A DNA stretch of 64,000 bases, from the NCBI GenBank assembly GCA_035559815.1, contig DATMAT010000028.1, positions 132-64,131 of the forward strand. Reading direction: 5' to 3'. Of this stretch, positions 30,346 through 39,771 are shown piece after piece (position 1 is the first letter of the stretch; each line of letters begins with the position of its first letter). The notes below the pieces were generated by a model. It was not told the origin of the DNA. It ran no database searches and saw only the letters and a program-made list of their open reading frames with translations. This DNA is from Thermodesulfobacteriota bacterium. Lineage in GTDB: Bacteria; Desulfobacterota_D; UBA1144; Nemesobacterales; CSP1-2. Both the position numbers and the translations under genes were made by a program.

Positions 30346-30424
30346 AACAAACTAATTACCTAAAAATACGGCATTAAATAATAATATAACATTTGGCTTT
30401 TGCAAGTTCAGAGATTTTTACCAT

Positions 30425-31393
30425 TCACACCAGGTGGCAAGCAACCATATGTCCTCCGCCGACGTCTCTGAGCGATGGTTCTTCATTTTTACACCTTTCG
30501 ACGGCAACGGGACACCGGGGATGGAACCGGCACCCGGAGGGCGGGTCGATGGGGCTGGGAACATCGCCCGATAATATTATTCTCTTTTTCTTGGTCTTAG
30601 GGTCAGGAAGGGGAACGGCAGAAAGCAGCACCTTGGTGTACGGATGTAGAGGATTCTTATAAAGCTCCTCATTCTCGGCAAGCTCAACTACCTTTCCCAA
30701 ATACATTACCGCAACCCTGTTGCTTATATGTCTCACCACACGGAGGTCATGGGATATGAAAAGGTAGGTCAGCCTGAATGCCTCCTGGAGTGAGATAAGA
30801 AGGTTTATGATTTGGGCTTGAACCGAGACATCCAGGGCAGAAACAGGCTCGTCACAAACAATAAACCGCGGCTTGACCGCCAGTGCCCTGGCTATGGCGA
30901 TTCTCTGTCTCTGTCCACCGCTAAATTCATGCGGATAGCGAGAGAGCACGTCCTCTCTGAGACCAACCGTTTCCAGTACCCTTTTAACCTCCTCTTTAAT
31001 TTTGCTTTTGGGCACTATGCGGTGAATGGTAATCCCTTCACCTACGATGGCTTCGACCTTCATTCTCGGGTTGAGGGAACCGTAGGGATCCTGGAATACT
31101 ATTTGCATTTCACGCCGGAGTCGTCGCATCTTACCGGAATTCAAATGAGTTATGTCCTGTCCATCGAAGAAAATATGCCCATCGGTCGGCTGGTTAAGTC
31201 TGATAGCTGTTTTCCCAAGCGTGGTCTTTCCGCATCCGCTCTCTCCCACTAGTCCCATAGTCTCGCCTTCAAAGATGTTTAGGTCCACCCCATCTACGGC
31301 CTTTACGTAGTTACTCAGCCTAGACAGGATCCCCGACTTGATGGGGAAATACTTTTTTAGTCGAACTAGCCTGATCAGTTCTTTACGTTCCAT
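30425..31393 (-). CDS. peptide ABC transporter ATP-binding protein (OppF/DppF-like)
   Basis: Walker A is GESGCGKTT, the signature is FSGGQRQR, and Walker B is IVCDEP. The oligopeptide C-terminal CRFHPRCP motif is present. Confidence 0.88.
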   Translation of the reverse strand: MERKELIRLVRLKKYFPIKSGILSRLSNYVKAVDGVDLNIFEGETMGLVGESGCGKTTLGKTAIRLNQPTDGHIFFDGQDITHLNSGKMRRLRREMQIVFQDPYGSLNPRMKVEAIVGEGITIHRIVPKSKIKEEVKRVLETVGLREDVLSRYPHEFSGGQRQRIAIARALAVKPRFIVCDEPVSALDVSVQAQIINLLISLQEAFRLTYLFISHDLRVVRHISNRVAVMYLGKVVELAENEELYKNPLHPYTKVLLSAVPLPDPKTKKKRIILSGDVPSPIDPPSGCRFHPRCPVAVERCKNEEPSLRDVGGGHMVACHLV

Positions 31394-31423
31394 CTATGAT
31401 TAGCTCTTGACCCATTCACGTTT

Positions 31424-32416
31424 CTACACCTTGTCATAAATCCCGAAACTCACTTCTTCTACCCTAAAACATGCCGACAGGTGTCCGTTTACCGCCCGGA
31501 GCGGCGGCTCCGACATCCGGCACTTTTCTATCACCAGGGGACACCGGTCTTGAAACCTGCATCCAGTGGGGAAATCCTGAGGGCTAGGTATTACACCGGG
31601 AATGGCGCTTAACTTCTCCCTCTTCTCATGAAGGCCGGGAATCGAGTTCATAAGGCCAACAGTATAAGGATGCTGCGGGCTTTCGAAGAGATTGGTCGTC
31701 GATGCATGCTCCACAATCTTCCCGGCATACATTACATAAACTTCGTCGGCAACCTCTGCCACTATTCCCAGGTCGTGGGTTATAAGAAACACGGACATTC
31801 CCATTTTTTCTCTGAGGTCGTTTATAAGCTCCAGGATTCCGGCCTGAATCGTGACGTCGAGAGCCGTTGTGGGTTCATCCGCAATCAGGAGCTCCGGGTT
31901 GCAGGCAAGGGCCATTGCTATCATCACCCTCTGGCACATCCCGCCGCTTAATTCATGTGGATAATTGTTTACTCTTTCTTTAGGGGAAGGAATACCTACC
32001 AACCTCAGCAGCTCCAAAACGCGCTCCCGCTCCTCTTTCCTGGAAACACGAAGGTGGGTTCTTATCGCCTCCCCGATTTGATCCCCGACCGGGAAGACCG
32101 GGTTAAGGGAGCTGAGAGGCTCCTGAAAAATCATGGATATTCTGTTTCCCCGAATTGCCCTGATGTCTCTCTCCGAAAGCTTGAGCAGATTCATATCATC
32201 AAATATCACCTCACCGTCGTCAATTCTGCCCGGTGGCTCCGGAATCAAACGCATTATGGAGAGCGCAGTTACGGTTTTTCCACATCCGCTCTCCCCTACA
32301 ACGCCTACGATTTTACCCTCGGGGATGGCCAGGGAGACCCCGCTCAAAACCTCTACCCTTTCCTCATCGCTTCCGAAAGATAACCTGAGATTTTTAATTT
32401 CCAGTATGTTTCTCAT
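31424..32416 (-). CDS. peptide ABC transporter ATP-binding protein (OppD/DppD-like)
   Basis: Walker A is GESGCGKTV, the signature is LSGGMCQR, and Walker B is [11 protein letters not shown]. The C-terminal CRFQDRCP motif is present. Confidence 0.88.
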   Translation of the reverse strand: MRNILEIKNLRLSFGSDEERVEVLSGVSLAIPEGKIVGVVGESGCGKTVTALSIMRLIPEPPGRIDDGEVIFDDMNLLKLSERDIRAIRGNRISMIFQEPLSSLNPVFPVGDQIGEAIRTHLRVSRKEERERVLELLRLVGIPSPKERVNNYPHELSGGMCQRVMIAMALACNPELLIADEPTTALDVTIQAGILELINDLREKMGMSVFLITHDLGIVAEVADEVYVMYAGKIVEHASTTNLFESPQHPYTVGLMNSIPGLHEKREKLSAIPGVIPSPQDFPTGCRFQDRCPLVIEKCRMSEPPLRAVNGHLSACFRVEEVSFGIYDKV

Positions 32417-32451
32417 CGAACAGCCTATCCATTTCTAACTAGCCACAGAGG

Positions 32452-32513
32452 TTGCAGAGAATTTTCAATATCAAGACAAATTCTTCTCGGTGTGCTCTGT
32501 GGCAAATAGTTTT
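32452..32513. repeat. inverted repeat (GCCACAGAG ... CTCTGTGGC) between the permease and ATPase genes
   Basis: GCCACAGAG at 32452-32460 pairs with CTCTGTGGC at 32505-32513. The right arm shares the TTCTCGGTG(TG)CTCTGTGGCAAA motif with 62919-62940. Confidence 0.55.
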
Positions 32514-32521
32514 TTTCAATA

Positions 32522-33529
32522 TTAAAACTTCCTCTTCCTCAATCTTGGGTCTATTGCGCTCTTGAAACCATCCCCGACCAAATTAAACGCAGTCACGGTC
32601 AGAAAGATTGCCGCACCAGGAAATAGAACAAGCCACCAGGCAAAATCAACGTACCTCTGCGACTGGGAAAGCACATCGCCCCAACTAGGTTCTGGCGGTG
32701 GCACTCCAAAGCCTAAAAAGCTTAACCCTGACTCGACCAGAATCGCCCCGGCTATTCCAAACGTAGCGGCGACGAGAACCGGCGCCAAGGCATTAGGCAG
32801 CATGTGCTTGAGCATAACCCGGAAATCGTCTCCCCCCAGAGCCACAGCCGCCTCCACATAATCGTACTCTCTTAATCTCAGGAACTCTCCCCTCACCAAC
32901 CGGGCAATCCCGGTCCATCCCGTCGCCCCTATCACAATCATTATGTTATAAATGCTGGGGTCCCTGAATGCAAGTATGGTTAGAATGAGAAAGAACACCG
33001 GGAAAGTCATCATTACCTCAAAAAGCCTGGAAATCACAAAATCGACCACACCACCATAGTATCCAGCTATCCCTCCCAACAAGATTCCGATGATAGAAGC
33101 TATGCCCACGGCGATAAAACCTATGGATAAGGAAATCCTGGTTCCGTGGATCATCCTGCTGAGGACATCCCTTCCTCGGTCGTCTGTCCCGAAAAGGTGT
33201 TCTCTAGATGGTGGTGTGAGCACGGATAAAAGATCGCTTTCGGTTGGGCTGTATCTCACCGGAGGGAATAGTACAAAGTCACCCGGCTTTAGCTCTTCTT
33301 CCAGCTCCTTGAAATCGACACCGAATAATTCGCTGTGGGTAAAAATTAATGGGAAATAGAGCCTTCCATTCCACTTGATCAAAATGGGCTTGTTACCGGC
33401 CAGAAAGTTCTCAAATAGGGCTATACCGCATAGGACGAGAATGACTATGAGAGCGGCCAAAGCTAGCCTGTCTTTCTTGAAACCCTTCCAGACCGTACCC
33501 CAATAACTCAGGTTTTTGTCAGCGGTCAT
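32522..33529 (-). CDS. peptide ABC transporter permease (OppC/DppC-like)
   Basis: 335 aa. It has a BPD_transp_1 core with an EAA-like loop (YVEAAVALGGDDFRVMLKHMLPN) and the N-terminal extension typical of OppC. Confidence 0.88.
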   Translation of the reverse strand: MTADKNLSYWGTVWKGFKKDRLALAALIVILVLCGIALFENFLAGNKPILIKWNGRLYFPLIFTHSELFGVDFKELEEELKPGDFVLFPPVRYSPTESDLLSVLTPPSREHLFGTDDRGRDVLSRMIHGTRISLSIGFIAVGIASIIGILLGGIAGYYGGVVDFVISRLFEVMMTFPVFFLILTILAFRDPSIYNIMIVIGATGWTGIARLVRGEFLRLREYDYVEAAVALGGDDFRVMLKHMLPNALAPVLVAATFGIAGAILVESGLSFLGFGVPPPEPSWGDVLSQSQRYVDFAWWLVLFPGAAIFLTVTAFNLVGDGFKSAIDPRLRKRKF

Positions 33530-34527
33530 CTTCTGCTCTCAAAGCTTATCCTTGGGTCCACCAGCACATATAAGATATCAGCGACCAAAATACCAACCAG
33601 GGTAAGAAAGGCAGAAATGGTAGCGATTGCCATAATCACTGGATAATCGCGGGAAAGTACTGCCTCAAATCCCAACTGTCCAATCCCGGGGATAGAAAAG
33701 ATGCTCTCGATAATCACGCTTCCTCCGATCATCGCTGGTAGGATAGAGGCGACGATGGTAATTATCGGTATCAGGGCGTTTCTGAGTGCATGCTTGAACA
33801 AAATCACCGAGTCCGGCAATCCTTTGGCTTTTGCTGTTCTGATGAAATCTTCCCTAAGAACTTCAAGCAGGCTTCCCCTTTGATACCGAGACAGATAGGC
33901 CAAATCGCCGTAGGTCAGACATATAATCGGGAGTATAATATGCCAGAGAAAATCAAGAGCCTTCTCGGTAAATGTAAAATTTTCCGCCCCCGGCGAGAGA
34001 ATCCCGTAGATCGGAAAGACGTTCCAGAAATCTCCCCCGCCCAGAAAGTAGATCAAAATCATCGCCAGCCAGAAGCTGGGGATGGAATAAAGTGCGAAAA
34101 GAATGAAGGTGATAACCCGCTCCGACAAATTCCCCTCCTTGACCGCAGAATAAACACCGAGGGGAATGGATATAAAATAGGCCAGGAATATGGAAATTAA
34201 ATTGAGAGACAGCGTCACCGGGAGCCGTTCTCCAATCTTCTCGATGACCGGACGGTGGTCCTTGTATGAAGAGCCAAAGTCAAGCGTGATGATACGCTTG
34301 ACCCAAATCAGATAGCGTATATAGATGGGCTTGTCCAGTCCGTATAGTTTTTTGGTTTGTTCGACGATATCCTTGGTAATGGCCTCCGCTTTTACCCCCT
34401 CTTCTATGTTTAGTTTTCTCTCCACCGGGCTGCCCGGGGCAAGCTGAATCACAAAAAAAGTAATCACGGTGATTCCGAAAAGTGTAGGTATTAAAAGTAA
34501 AAGTCTCTTCAGTAAGTAGCTTCTCAT
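33526..34527 (-). CDS. peptide ABC transporter permease (OppB/DppB-like)
   Basis: 333 aa. The sequence reads MRSYLLKRLLLLIPTLFGITVITF...FIRTAKAKGLPDSVILFKHALRNALIP. It overlaps the next permease gene by 4 nt. Confidence 0.88.
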   Translation of the reverse strand: MRSYLLKRLLLLIPTLFGITVITFFVIQLAPGSPVERKLNIEEGVKAEAITKDIVEQTKKLYGLDKPIYIRYLIWVKRIITLDFGSSYKDHRPVIEKIGERLPVTLSLNLISIFLAYFISIPLGVYSAVKEGNLSERVITFILFALYSIPSFWLAMILIYFLGGGDFWNVFPIYGILSPGAENFTFTEKALDFLWHIILPIICLTYGDLAYLSRYQRGSLLEVLREDFIRTAKAKGLPDSVILFKHALRNALIPIITIVASILPAMIGGSVIIESIFSIPGIGQLGFEAVLSRDYPVIMAIATISAFLTLVGILVADILYVLVDPRISFESRR

Positions 34528-34642
34528 CTTATTTATTCACCCGAGAATAAAACTATGTCAAATAATACAAAATCCAATTTAAAAATTTAACAAGGCATAT
34601 GCTCGATAAGATCTTGCCTTGATTTACCCGAGTAACAACGCT

Positions 34643-34670
34643 GTAGGGAACGCATATATGCGTTCCCTAC
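34643..34670. repeat. perfect 28-nt palindrome GTAGGGAACGCATA|TATGCGTTCCCTAC in the SBP-permease intercistronic gap
   Basis: It can form a 14-bp perfect stem on either strand. Its right-arm sequence recurs at 26334-26347. It lies in the 348-nt gap between the substrate-binding gene and the first permease gene. Confidence 0.75.
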
Positions 34671-34875
34671 GCTATCTAGCTACTCATTACCAGAATAGAT
34701 TTTGAAAGACCGGAGCATTGAGCTAGATGAATTACTTAAAAAAAGAAACATCATTTTAGCGCAATACCGATATTCATTCAATTATCAATCGGATAAATAT
34801 ATTTTGGCATCTGTGGGAGGTAATAAAATGGTGGGTCACACATTTCTGTCTGACAACTTGGACGGTGGTTAAGCA

Positions 34876-36537
34876 TTAGCGATTCAGCGCAGCCCGGCCG
34901 TACTTCTGGAGAGGCAGTGGAACATACCACTCAAGCGGGTCGAGCCCCAGGGGATATACCGTAACCCCCTTGAACCTCTTATTGACTGCCACAGTCGACT
35001 TACGGCAAAAGAGAAAGGTATACGGCTGTTCTTGGTGTATGATTTCGGCAAACTTTCTATAAAGCTCTATTCTCTTTTCCCGGTTGAACTCGGTACGAGC
35101 CTCCTCTATCAACCTATCCGCTTCTTTATTCCTAAAACCCACGAAATTTGACCCCTGCTCGGCTTGTGAGGAATGCCATACTTGGTATGGGTCGGACTCA
35201 ACCCCCATGGACCAGGCCAGGGTCACGGCGTCGAATTTTCTTTCGTTGAGACGCTGCGTAAACACGGCCCACTCGGTCTTTCTTATCTCCATGTTTATTC
35301 CCACTTTATCCAGCTCCTCTTTAAATATAGTAGCAATCTTTTCACCGGTTTCAGAGCCGGCCGGTATTAGAAACTCGAACTTGAATTTAACTCCGTCTTT
35401 ATCCCTGATTCCATCGCCGTCATGATCAACCCACCCAGCTTCTTTAAGTAGCCTTTTGGCTTCCTCGGGGTCATACCTATAAGGTTTTATGGACTTATCG
35501 TACTCCGGGCTGTTAATGTAGAAAGGATTAGTAACCACAGCCCCCAGGTCATACAGTATTTTGCTCAGGATAAGCTCTCTATTCACCAGATGAGTCATCG
35601 CCGTCCTCACGCGCACGTCGGAGAAATAGGGCTTAGTCATGTTCCACCCGATATAGCTATAGTTAGGGGTGAAGTAGCTAAGCTTATCGAAGTTCTTGAC
35701 GAAGGCTTCCGAGGAAGTCTGCCTGAACCACTGTATCGGGGTGAGCCCGGAAAGATCTAGCTCTTCGCGCTTCAGCACCTGAAAAGCAACTGTATTGTCG
35801 GTGATTATCTTGAAGATAATTCTATTCAGATAGGGCTTTTTGCCCCAGTAATCCTCATTCCTTTCAAGGACGATCTCCCTACCGGTTTCCCACTTCGCGA
35901 ACTTATAAGGACCAGTGCCGATCGGATGCCTCCCCGCCGGGTTGGTATTAAAATCACCTTTTTCAAAGATATGCTTAGGCACTATGGGCATTCCCCCGCA
36001 GAACTCGAGCGCCAGGAAGTAAGGCCGGGCATAAGTGAATCTGACCGTATGATCGTCGAGGGCCTCTACCTTTTCTATATCTTGGTAATAATTTCTGAGA
36101 TGAGGCGCATCGACCTTCGGGTCCTTAATCTTATCGTATGAAAAAACCACATCATGAGCAGTGAATGGAACCCCATCATGCCACTTTACCCCTTTTTTGA
36201 GAAGAAAAGTAAAGGTCAGTTTATCTTCGGATATTTGCCAGGAATCGGCAAGAAGGGGAACGATTTCCAGGCTTTTATTGTCACGCTTAACCAAGGTCTC
36301 GTAGATATTTCCGGAGTTTATTGTGTTCTCGTAAGCGTCGGTGGCAGTTATAGGGTTCAATGTGGCCGGTTCTGCGCTAAGATGGTAAATCAACCAATCA
36401 CCCTCGACCGGCTCGGAATCCGAATAAGCCGAGTAATCGTTCGCCGGGGGACCTGATTTCTCATCGGCAGGCTTACAGGAGAGGAGGGTCAACGAGAAAA
36501 GAAGCGGGAAGAGTAGGATAAGGAACAACCTGGACAT
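34876..36537 (-). CDS. peptide ABC transporter substrate-binding lipoprotein (family 5, OppA/DppA-like)
   Basis: 553 aa. It has a signal peptide with the lipobox LLSC and an SBP_bac_5-type sequence throughout. Confidence 0.88.
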   Translation of the reverse strand: MSRLFLILLFPLLFSLTLLSCKPADEKSGPPANDYSAYSDSEPVEGDWLIYHLSAEPATLNPITATDAYENTINSGNIYETLVKRDNKSLEIVPLLADSWQISEDKLTFTFLLKKGVKWHDGVPFTAHDVVFSYDKIKDPKVDAPHLRNYYQDIEKVEALDDHTVRFTYARPYFLALEFCGGMPIVPKHIFEKGDFNTNPAGRHPIGTGPYKFAKWETGREIVLERNEDYWGKKPYLNRIIFKIITDNTVAFQVLKREELDLSGLTPIQWFRQTSSEAFVKNFDKLSYFTPNYSYIGWNMTKPYFSDVRVRTAMTHLVNRELILSKILYDLGAVVTNPFYINSPEYDKSIKPYRYDPEEAKRLLKEAGWVDHDGDGIRDKDGVKFKFEFLIPAGSETGEKIATIFKEELDKVGINMEIRKTEWAVFTQRLNERKFDAVTLAWSMGVESDPYQVWHSSQAEQGSNFVGFRNKEADRLIEEARTEFNREKRIELYRKFAEIIHQEQPYTFLFCRKSTVAVNKRFKGVTVYPLGLDPLEWYVPLPLQKYGRAALNR

Positions 36538-36666
36538 ATGAAAATTTATTATAACTCTAGTTTGAGAGAAAACAAAGGAGCTAAGAACCTGCCAAACAAC
36601 CGAGGTAAAACATCATTCCGGAATGGAAATTACCGGAGAGACGCTTAAACCGCGCCTCTCCAGTGA

Positions 36667-37422
36667 TCAATCCCCTTGAGAAGCTTTGCTGATTAAAGGC
36701 TTGATAATATCTATTGGAATAGGAAACACGATTGTAGAGTTTCTCTCGGAGGATACCTCCACCAGTGTCTGAAGGAACCTGAGCTGAAGTGACATCGGGT
36801 TTTGAGAAAGGATATTGGAAGCCTCCGCCAGCTTTGTCGCAGCCTGGTATTCTCCCTCCGCATTTATTACCTTTGCTCTTCTTTCTCTTTCCGCTTCAGC
36901 CTGTCTAGCCATCGCCCTCTGCATCTCCTGGGGTAGGTCAACAAACTTGATCTCTACCAACGAAACCTTTATCCCCCATGGGTCGGTGTGTTTGTCCAAA
37001 ACCTCCTGAAGTTGGACGTTTAACTTTTCTCTCTCCGAAAGTAGGTCGTCTAGTTCCACCTGTCCTAGGATGCTTCTAAGTGTAGTCTGTGAAAGCTGGG
37101 ATGTGGCGTAAAGATAATTTTCTACTTGCACTACGGCCTTCACCGGGTCAACCACACGAAAATAAACAACGGCGTTAACTTTAACCGAAACGTTGTCTCT
37201 AGTTATAACGTCCTGGGGCGGAACATCCATGGTAATCACCCGAAGTCCGATCTTCACCATCTTGTCCACCCCCGGAATTATCCAGGTAATTCCCGGTCCC
37301 TTCGGATTGATGATTCTCCCAAGCCTGAATACCACGCCGCGTTCGTATTCGTTGAGTACCTTAACCCCGGAAAGCAGAAATAGTATTATGAAAGCTACAA
37401 ATATTAAAGTGGGCGTAGACAT
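36667..37422 (-). CDS. SPFH/band-7 (stomatin-like) membrane protein
   Basis: It has an N-terminal TM helix, an SPFH core ([15 protein letters not shown]...) and a coiled-coil [17 protein letters not shown]. Confidence 0.9.
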   Translation of the reverse strand: MSTPTLIFVAFIILFLLSGVKVLNEYERGVVFRLGRIINPKGPGITWIIPGVDKMVKIGLRVITMDVPPQDVITRDNVSVKVNAVVYFRVVDPVKAVVQVENYLYATSQLSQTTLRSILGQVELDDLLSEREKLNVQLQEVLDKHTDPWGIKVSLVEIKFVDLPQEMQRAMARQAEAERERRAKVINAEGEYQAATKLAEASNILSQNPMSLQLRFLQTLVEVSSERNSTIVFPIPIDIIKPLISKASQGD

Positions 37423-37437
37423 AACCTATCCTCCTTT

Positions 37438-38796
37438 TTAATCTCCGACTTTTTTGACCTTCAGCTTGAAACCGCTTTTGACCTCGACTACCTTTACCTT
37501 GTCGCCGGCACTGATCGCTTCATCGCTTTCCGCATCCCAGTACTCGCCGTGAATGAAAATCTTGCCATTCTTATCTATTACGGTTACCGCTACCCCTTCA
37601 TCCCCCATAAGACCTTCAAACCCGGTAGAAGTGGCAGAGCTCTGCGCTTTCACCAGATAAAATGCCACGAAGGCAAAGAAAAGTCCTATGGCTAAAGCTG
37701 CAGCAATCACCACGTCAAATCCTACTCTTACATCGGACTGAGGCGTATCGAATAGAAGAAGCGCTCCCAGGATGAAACTTATTATCCCGCCCACCCCGAG
37801 AATGCCAAAGCTGGTTACATAAATCTCCAGGATCAGAAGCATGACGGACAACACCAGCAAAGCAAGGCCGGCATAATTGAAGGGGAGTATCTGAAGAGAG
37901 ACCATGCCCAGAAGAAGACATATCGCTCCAGCCACGCCCGGAAATATTAAACCGGGGTTGTAAAATTCAAGTAGAAGCCCGAGTGAGCCGAGGGAAATCA
38001 AGAGAAAAGCTATATCCGGTACGCTCAGGGTATCGATCAACTTCTGCTTGAAATTCATATCAATTCTCTCTACACTCGCGCCCTTTGTCTTTAATATCCT
38101 CTTGCCATCCGGAAGCTCTACTTCCCGTCCGTCGATTTGGACAAGAAGCTCGTTTACACTAGGGGAAATAAGGTCTACGACATTAATCTTGAGGGCTTCT
38201 GTAGCGGTGATTGAAGCGCTATTTCTCACCGCTTCAATTGCCCATTCCGTATTCCTTTTTCTTTTTTCCGCTATACTTTCTATGAATGATGAGGCAAAGT
38301 TCTCCACCTTTTCGTTAAACTTTTTCTTTTCATTATCGTCTTGTTTCTCCTCATCGGTTCCTTCGCCGCCTCCTCCACCTGGCGAAATTAGAACAGGATG
38401 GGCAGCCCCTATGCTTGTTCCATCAGTCATCGCAGCGACATGGGCAGAAAGAGTTATGAACACTCCAGCGGATGTAGCCGTTGCACCGCTGGGATAAACA
38501 TAAATCACGATCGGTACAGGAGAATTCAATATTAACTGCACAATCTCCTTCGTAGATGAAAGAAGCCCACCCGGAGTATCAAGAATTATAATTAGAGCTT
38601 CTGAAGAATTTTCTTTCGATTTGTCAATGCCTGTTCTTATGTAGTCATAGGTAGCCGGATTTATCGTACCATCTATCTCTATAAGAGTCACATTTCTTTC
38701 TGAAGCATCCTCGGGGTCTGCATGAGAAATTACAACCAAACCAAGGAAGACAACGGTAGCCAGAGATAAAAGTATTTTTTTTCTCATATTATGCAT
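37438..38796 (-). CDS. NfeD-family membrane-bound ClpP-class serine protease (stomatin operon partner)
   Basis: 452 aa. It has a signal/TM segment, a ClpP-like domain (IILDTPGG...GATATSAG), a multi-TM region and a C-terminal OB-fold. It lies immediately upstream of the SPFH gene. Confidence 0.88.
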   Translation of the reverse strand: MHNMRKKILLSLATVVFLGLVVISHADPEDASERNVTLIEIDGTINPATYDYIRTGIDKSKENSSEALIIILDTPGGLLSSTKEIVQLILNSPVPIVIYVYPSGATATSAGVFITLSAHVAAMTDGTSIGAAHPVLISPGGGGGEGTDEEKQDDNEKKKFNEKVENFASSFIESIAEKRKRNTEWAIEAVRNSASITATEALKINVVDLISPSVNELLVQIDGREVELPDGKRILKTKGASVERIDMNFKQKLIDTLSVPDIAFLLISLGSLGLLLEFYNPGLIFPGVAGAICLLLGMVSLQILPFNYAGLALLVLSVMLLILEIYVTSFGILGVGGIISFILGALLLFDTPQSDVRVGFDVVIAAALAIGLFFAFVAFYLVKAQSSATSTGFEGLMGDEGVAVTVIDKNGKIFIHGEYWDAESDEAISAGDKVKVVEVKSGFKLKVKKVGD

Positions 38797-38835
38797 ACCA
38801 AGGATATTGTAGCTTTCGACTGGAAAAACCGCAAG

Positions 38836-38884
38836 TTTGGTCTTTGGTCTTTGGTCTTTGGTCTTTGGTCTTTGGTCTTTGGTC
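38836..38884. repeat. heptanucleotide tandem repeat (TTTGGTC)x7
   Basis: Seven perfect head-to-tail copies were counted base by base. It lies in the divergent intergenic region, 40 nt upstream of the nfeD start. Confidence 0.95.
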
Positions 38885-38949
38885 TTAGATTTAAATCTTT
38901 AACCCGAAACTTGGAACTCGGAACTCTAAACTTTTTACTCAAAGCCAAC

Positions 38950-38977
38950 TTGTATTTTCACTGGGTACTATTATAAT
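38950..38977 (+). promoter_or_regulatory. sigma-70-type promoter giving a probable leaderless mRNA for the TPR gene
   Basis: TTGTAT (38950-38955), a 16-nt spacer, then TATAAT (38972-38977). Only 6 nt (tccgac) separate the -10 element from the ATG at 38984, and there is no SD. Confidence 0.5.
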
Positions 38978-38983
38978 TCCGAC

Positions 38984-39637
38984 ATGTCCAGAAAGATAAA
39001 AGTCACGCAAAAGGAGCTAAAAAGCCCGGATAAATTCAGGGAGGCAGTATCTAATACCATCATTTTTCTATCCGACAACTATAAGAAAATTTTATTGGTT
39101 ATTTTTGTAGTGATAATCATCGCCGTAATCACCTTTGTTTTAATCAACAGGCTAGAGAAAAAAAACCTGGAGGCAAACTCCGAGTTTAGTGAAGCATCAA
39201 AAATCTACAGTAATGGGAATTCAGAGGAAGCGCTAGCCAAATTTTTGGCGGTAAGAGAAAAGTATCCGGATACCCGGATTTCGACCATTGCTCTATACTA
39301 CGCCGGCTCTATAAATTATGAGCTAGGGAATTACGAACAATCCATCTCCCAACTCAACGATTTCATGAATAGCGACGTAAAAGACCAGACGCTCAGGGAC
39401 GCTGCCTATCTCACCCTTGGTTTGTCTAGCTTCAACTTGGGTAAATGGCAAGAGGCCATTGAATACCTATCCGAGCTAAACAAGGATGGAGGCCCCTATG
39501 AGAATCAAGCCAAGCTACATATAGGGATGTCGCTTGAAAAGCTGGGGAGGTCAGATGAAGCCGAGGAAATCTACAAGCGAATCCTAAACGAGCAGACGGC
39601 CAATAATCCGGGGTCGAGGGTCAATCAACCTAATTAA
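38984..39637 (+). CDS. membrane-anchored TPR-repeat protein (YfgM-like)
   Basis: 217 aa. It has one N-terminal TM helix (LLVIFVVIIIAVITFVLI) followed by TPR-like repeats (ALYYAGSINYELGNYEQSI, AYLTLGLSSFNLGKWQEAI). Confidence 0.7.
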   Translation: MSRKIKVTQKELKSPDKFREAVSNTIIFLSDNYKKILLVIFVVIIIAVITFVLINRLEKKNLEANSEFSEASKIYSNGNSEEALAKFLAVREKYPDTRISTIALYYAGSINYELGNYEQSISQLNDFMNSDVKDQTLRDAAYLTLGLSSFNLGKWQEAIEYLSELNKDGGPYENQAKLHIGMSLEKLGRSDEAEEIYKRILNEQTANNPGSRVNQPN

Positions 39638-39771
39638 TAAATTCCCAGTATCAAACCGAAATAGCAGGAAGGTTAACCGGTAAAGAGGGTACATATCTTT
39701 CAAAGCCGGATAATTTATATTATAGTTTTTCAATCGAATTTCCGGTCATTCTTTCCTCGGAGGTCTCACCA

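Noticed and set aside
38836-38884. Possible CRISPR array
   Set aside because: The units are 7 nt long and directly abutting with no spacers. This is a microsatellite-type tandem repeat, and no cas genes are in the window.
38791-38976. A 61-aa ORF with the repeated peptide FGLWSLVFGLWSLVFGL
   Set aside because: It is simply the translation of the (TTTGGTC)7 array in a promoter region and is not a gene.
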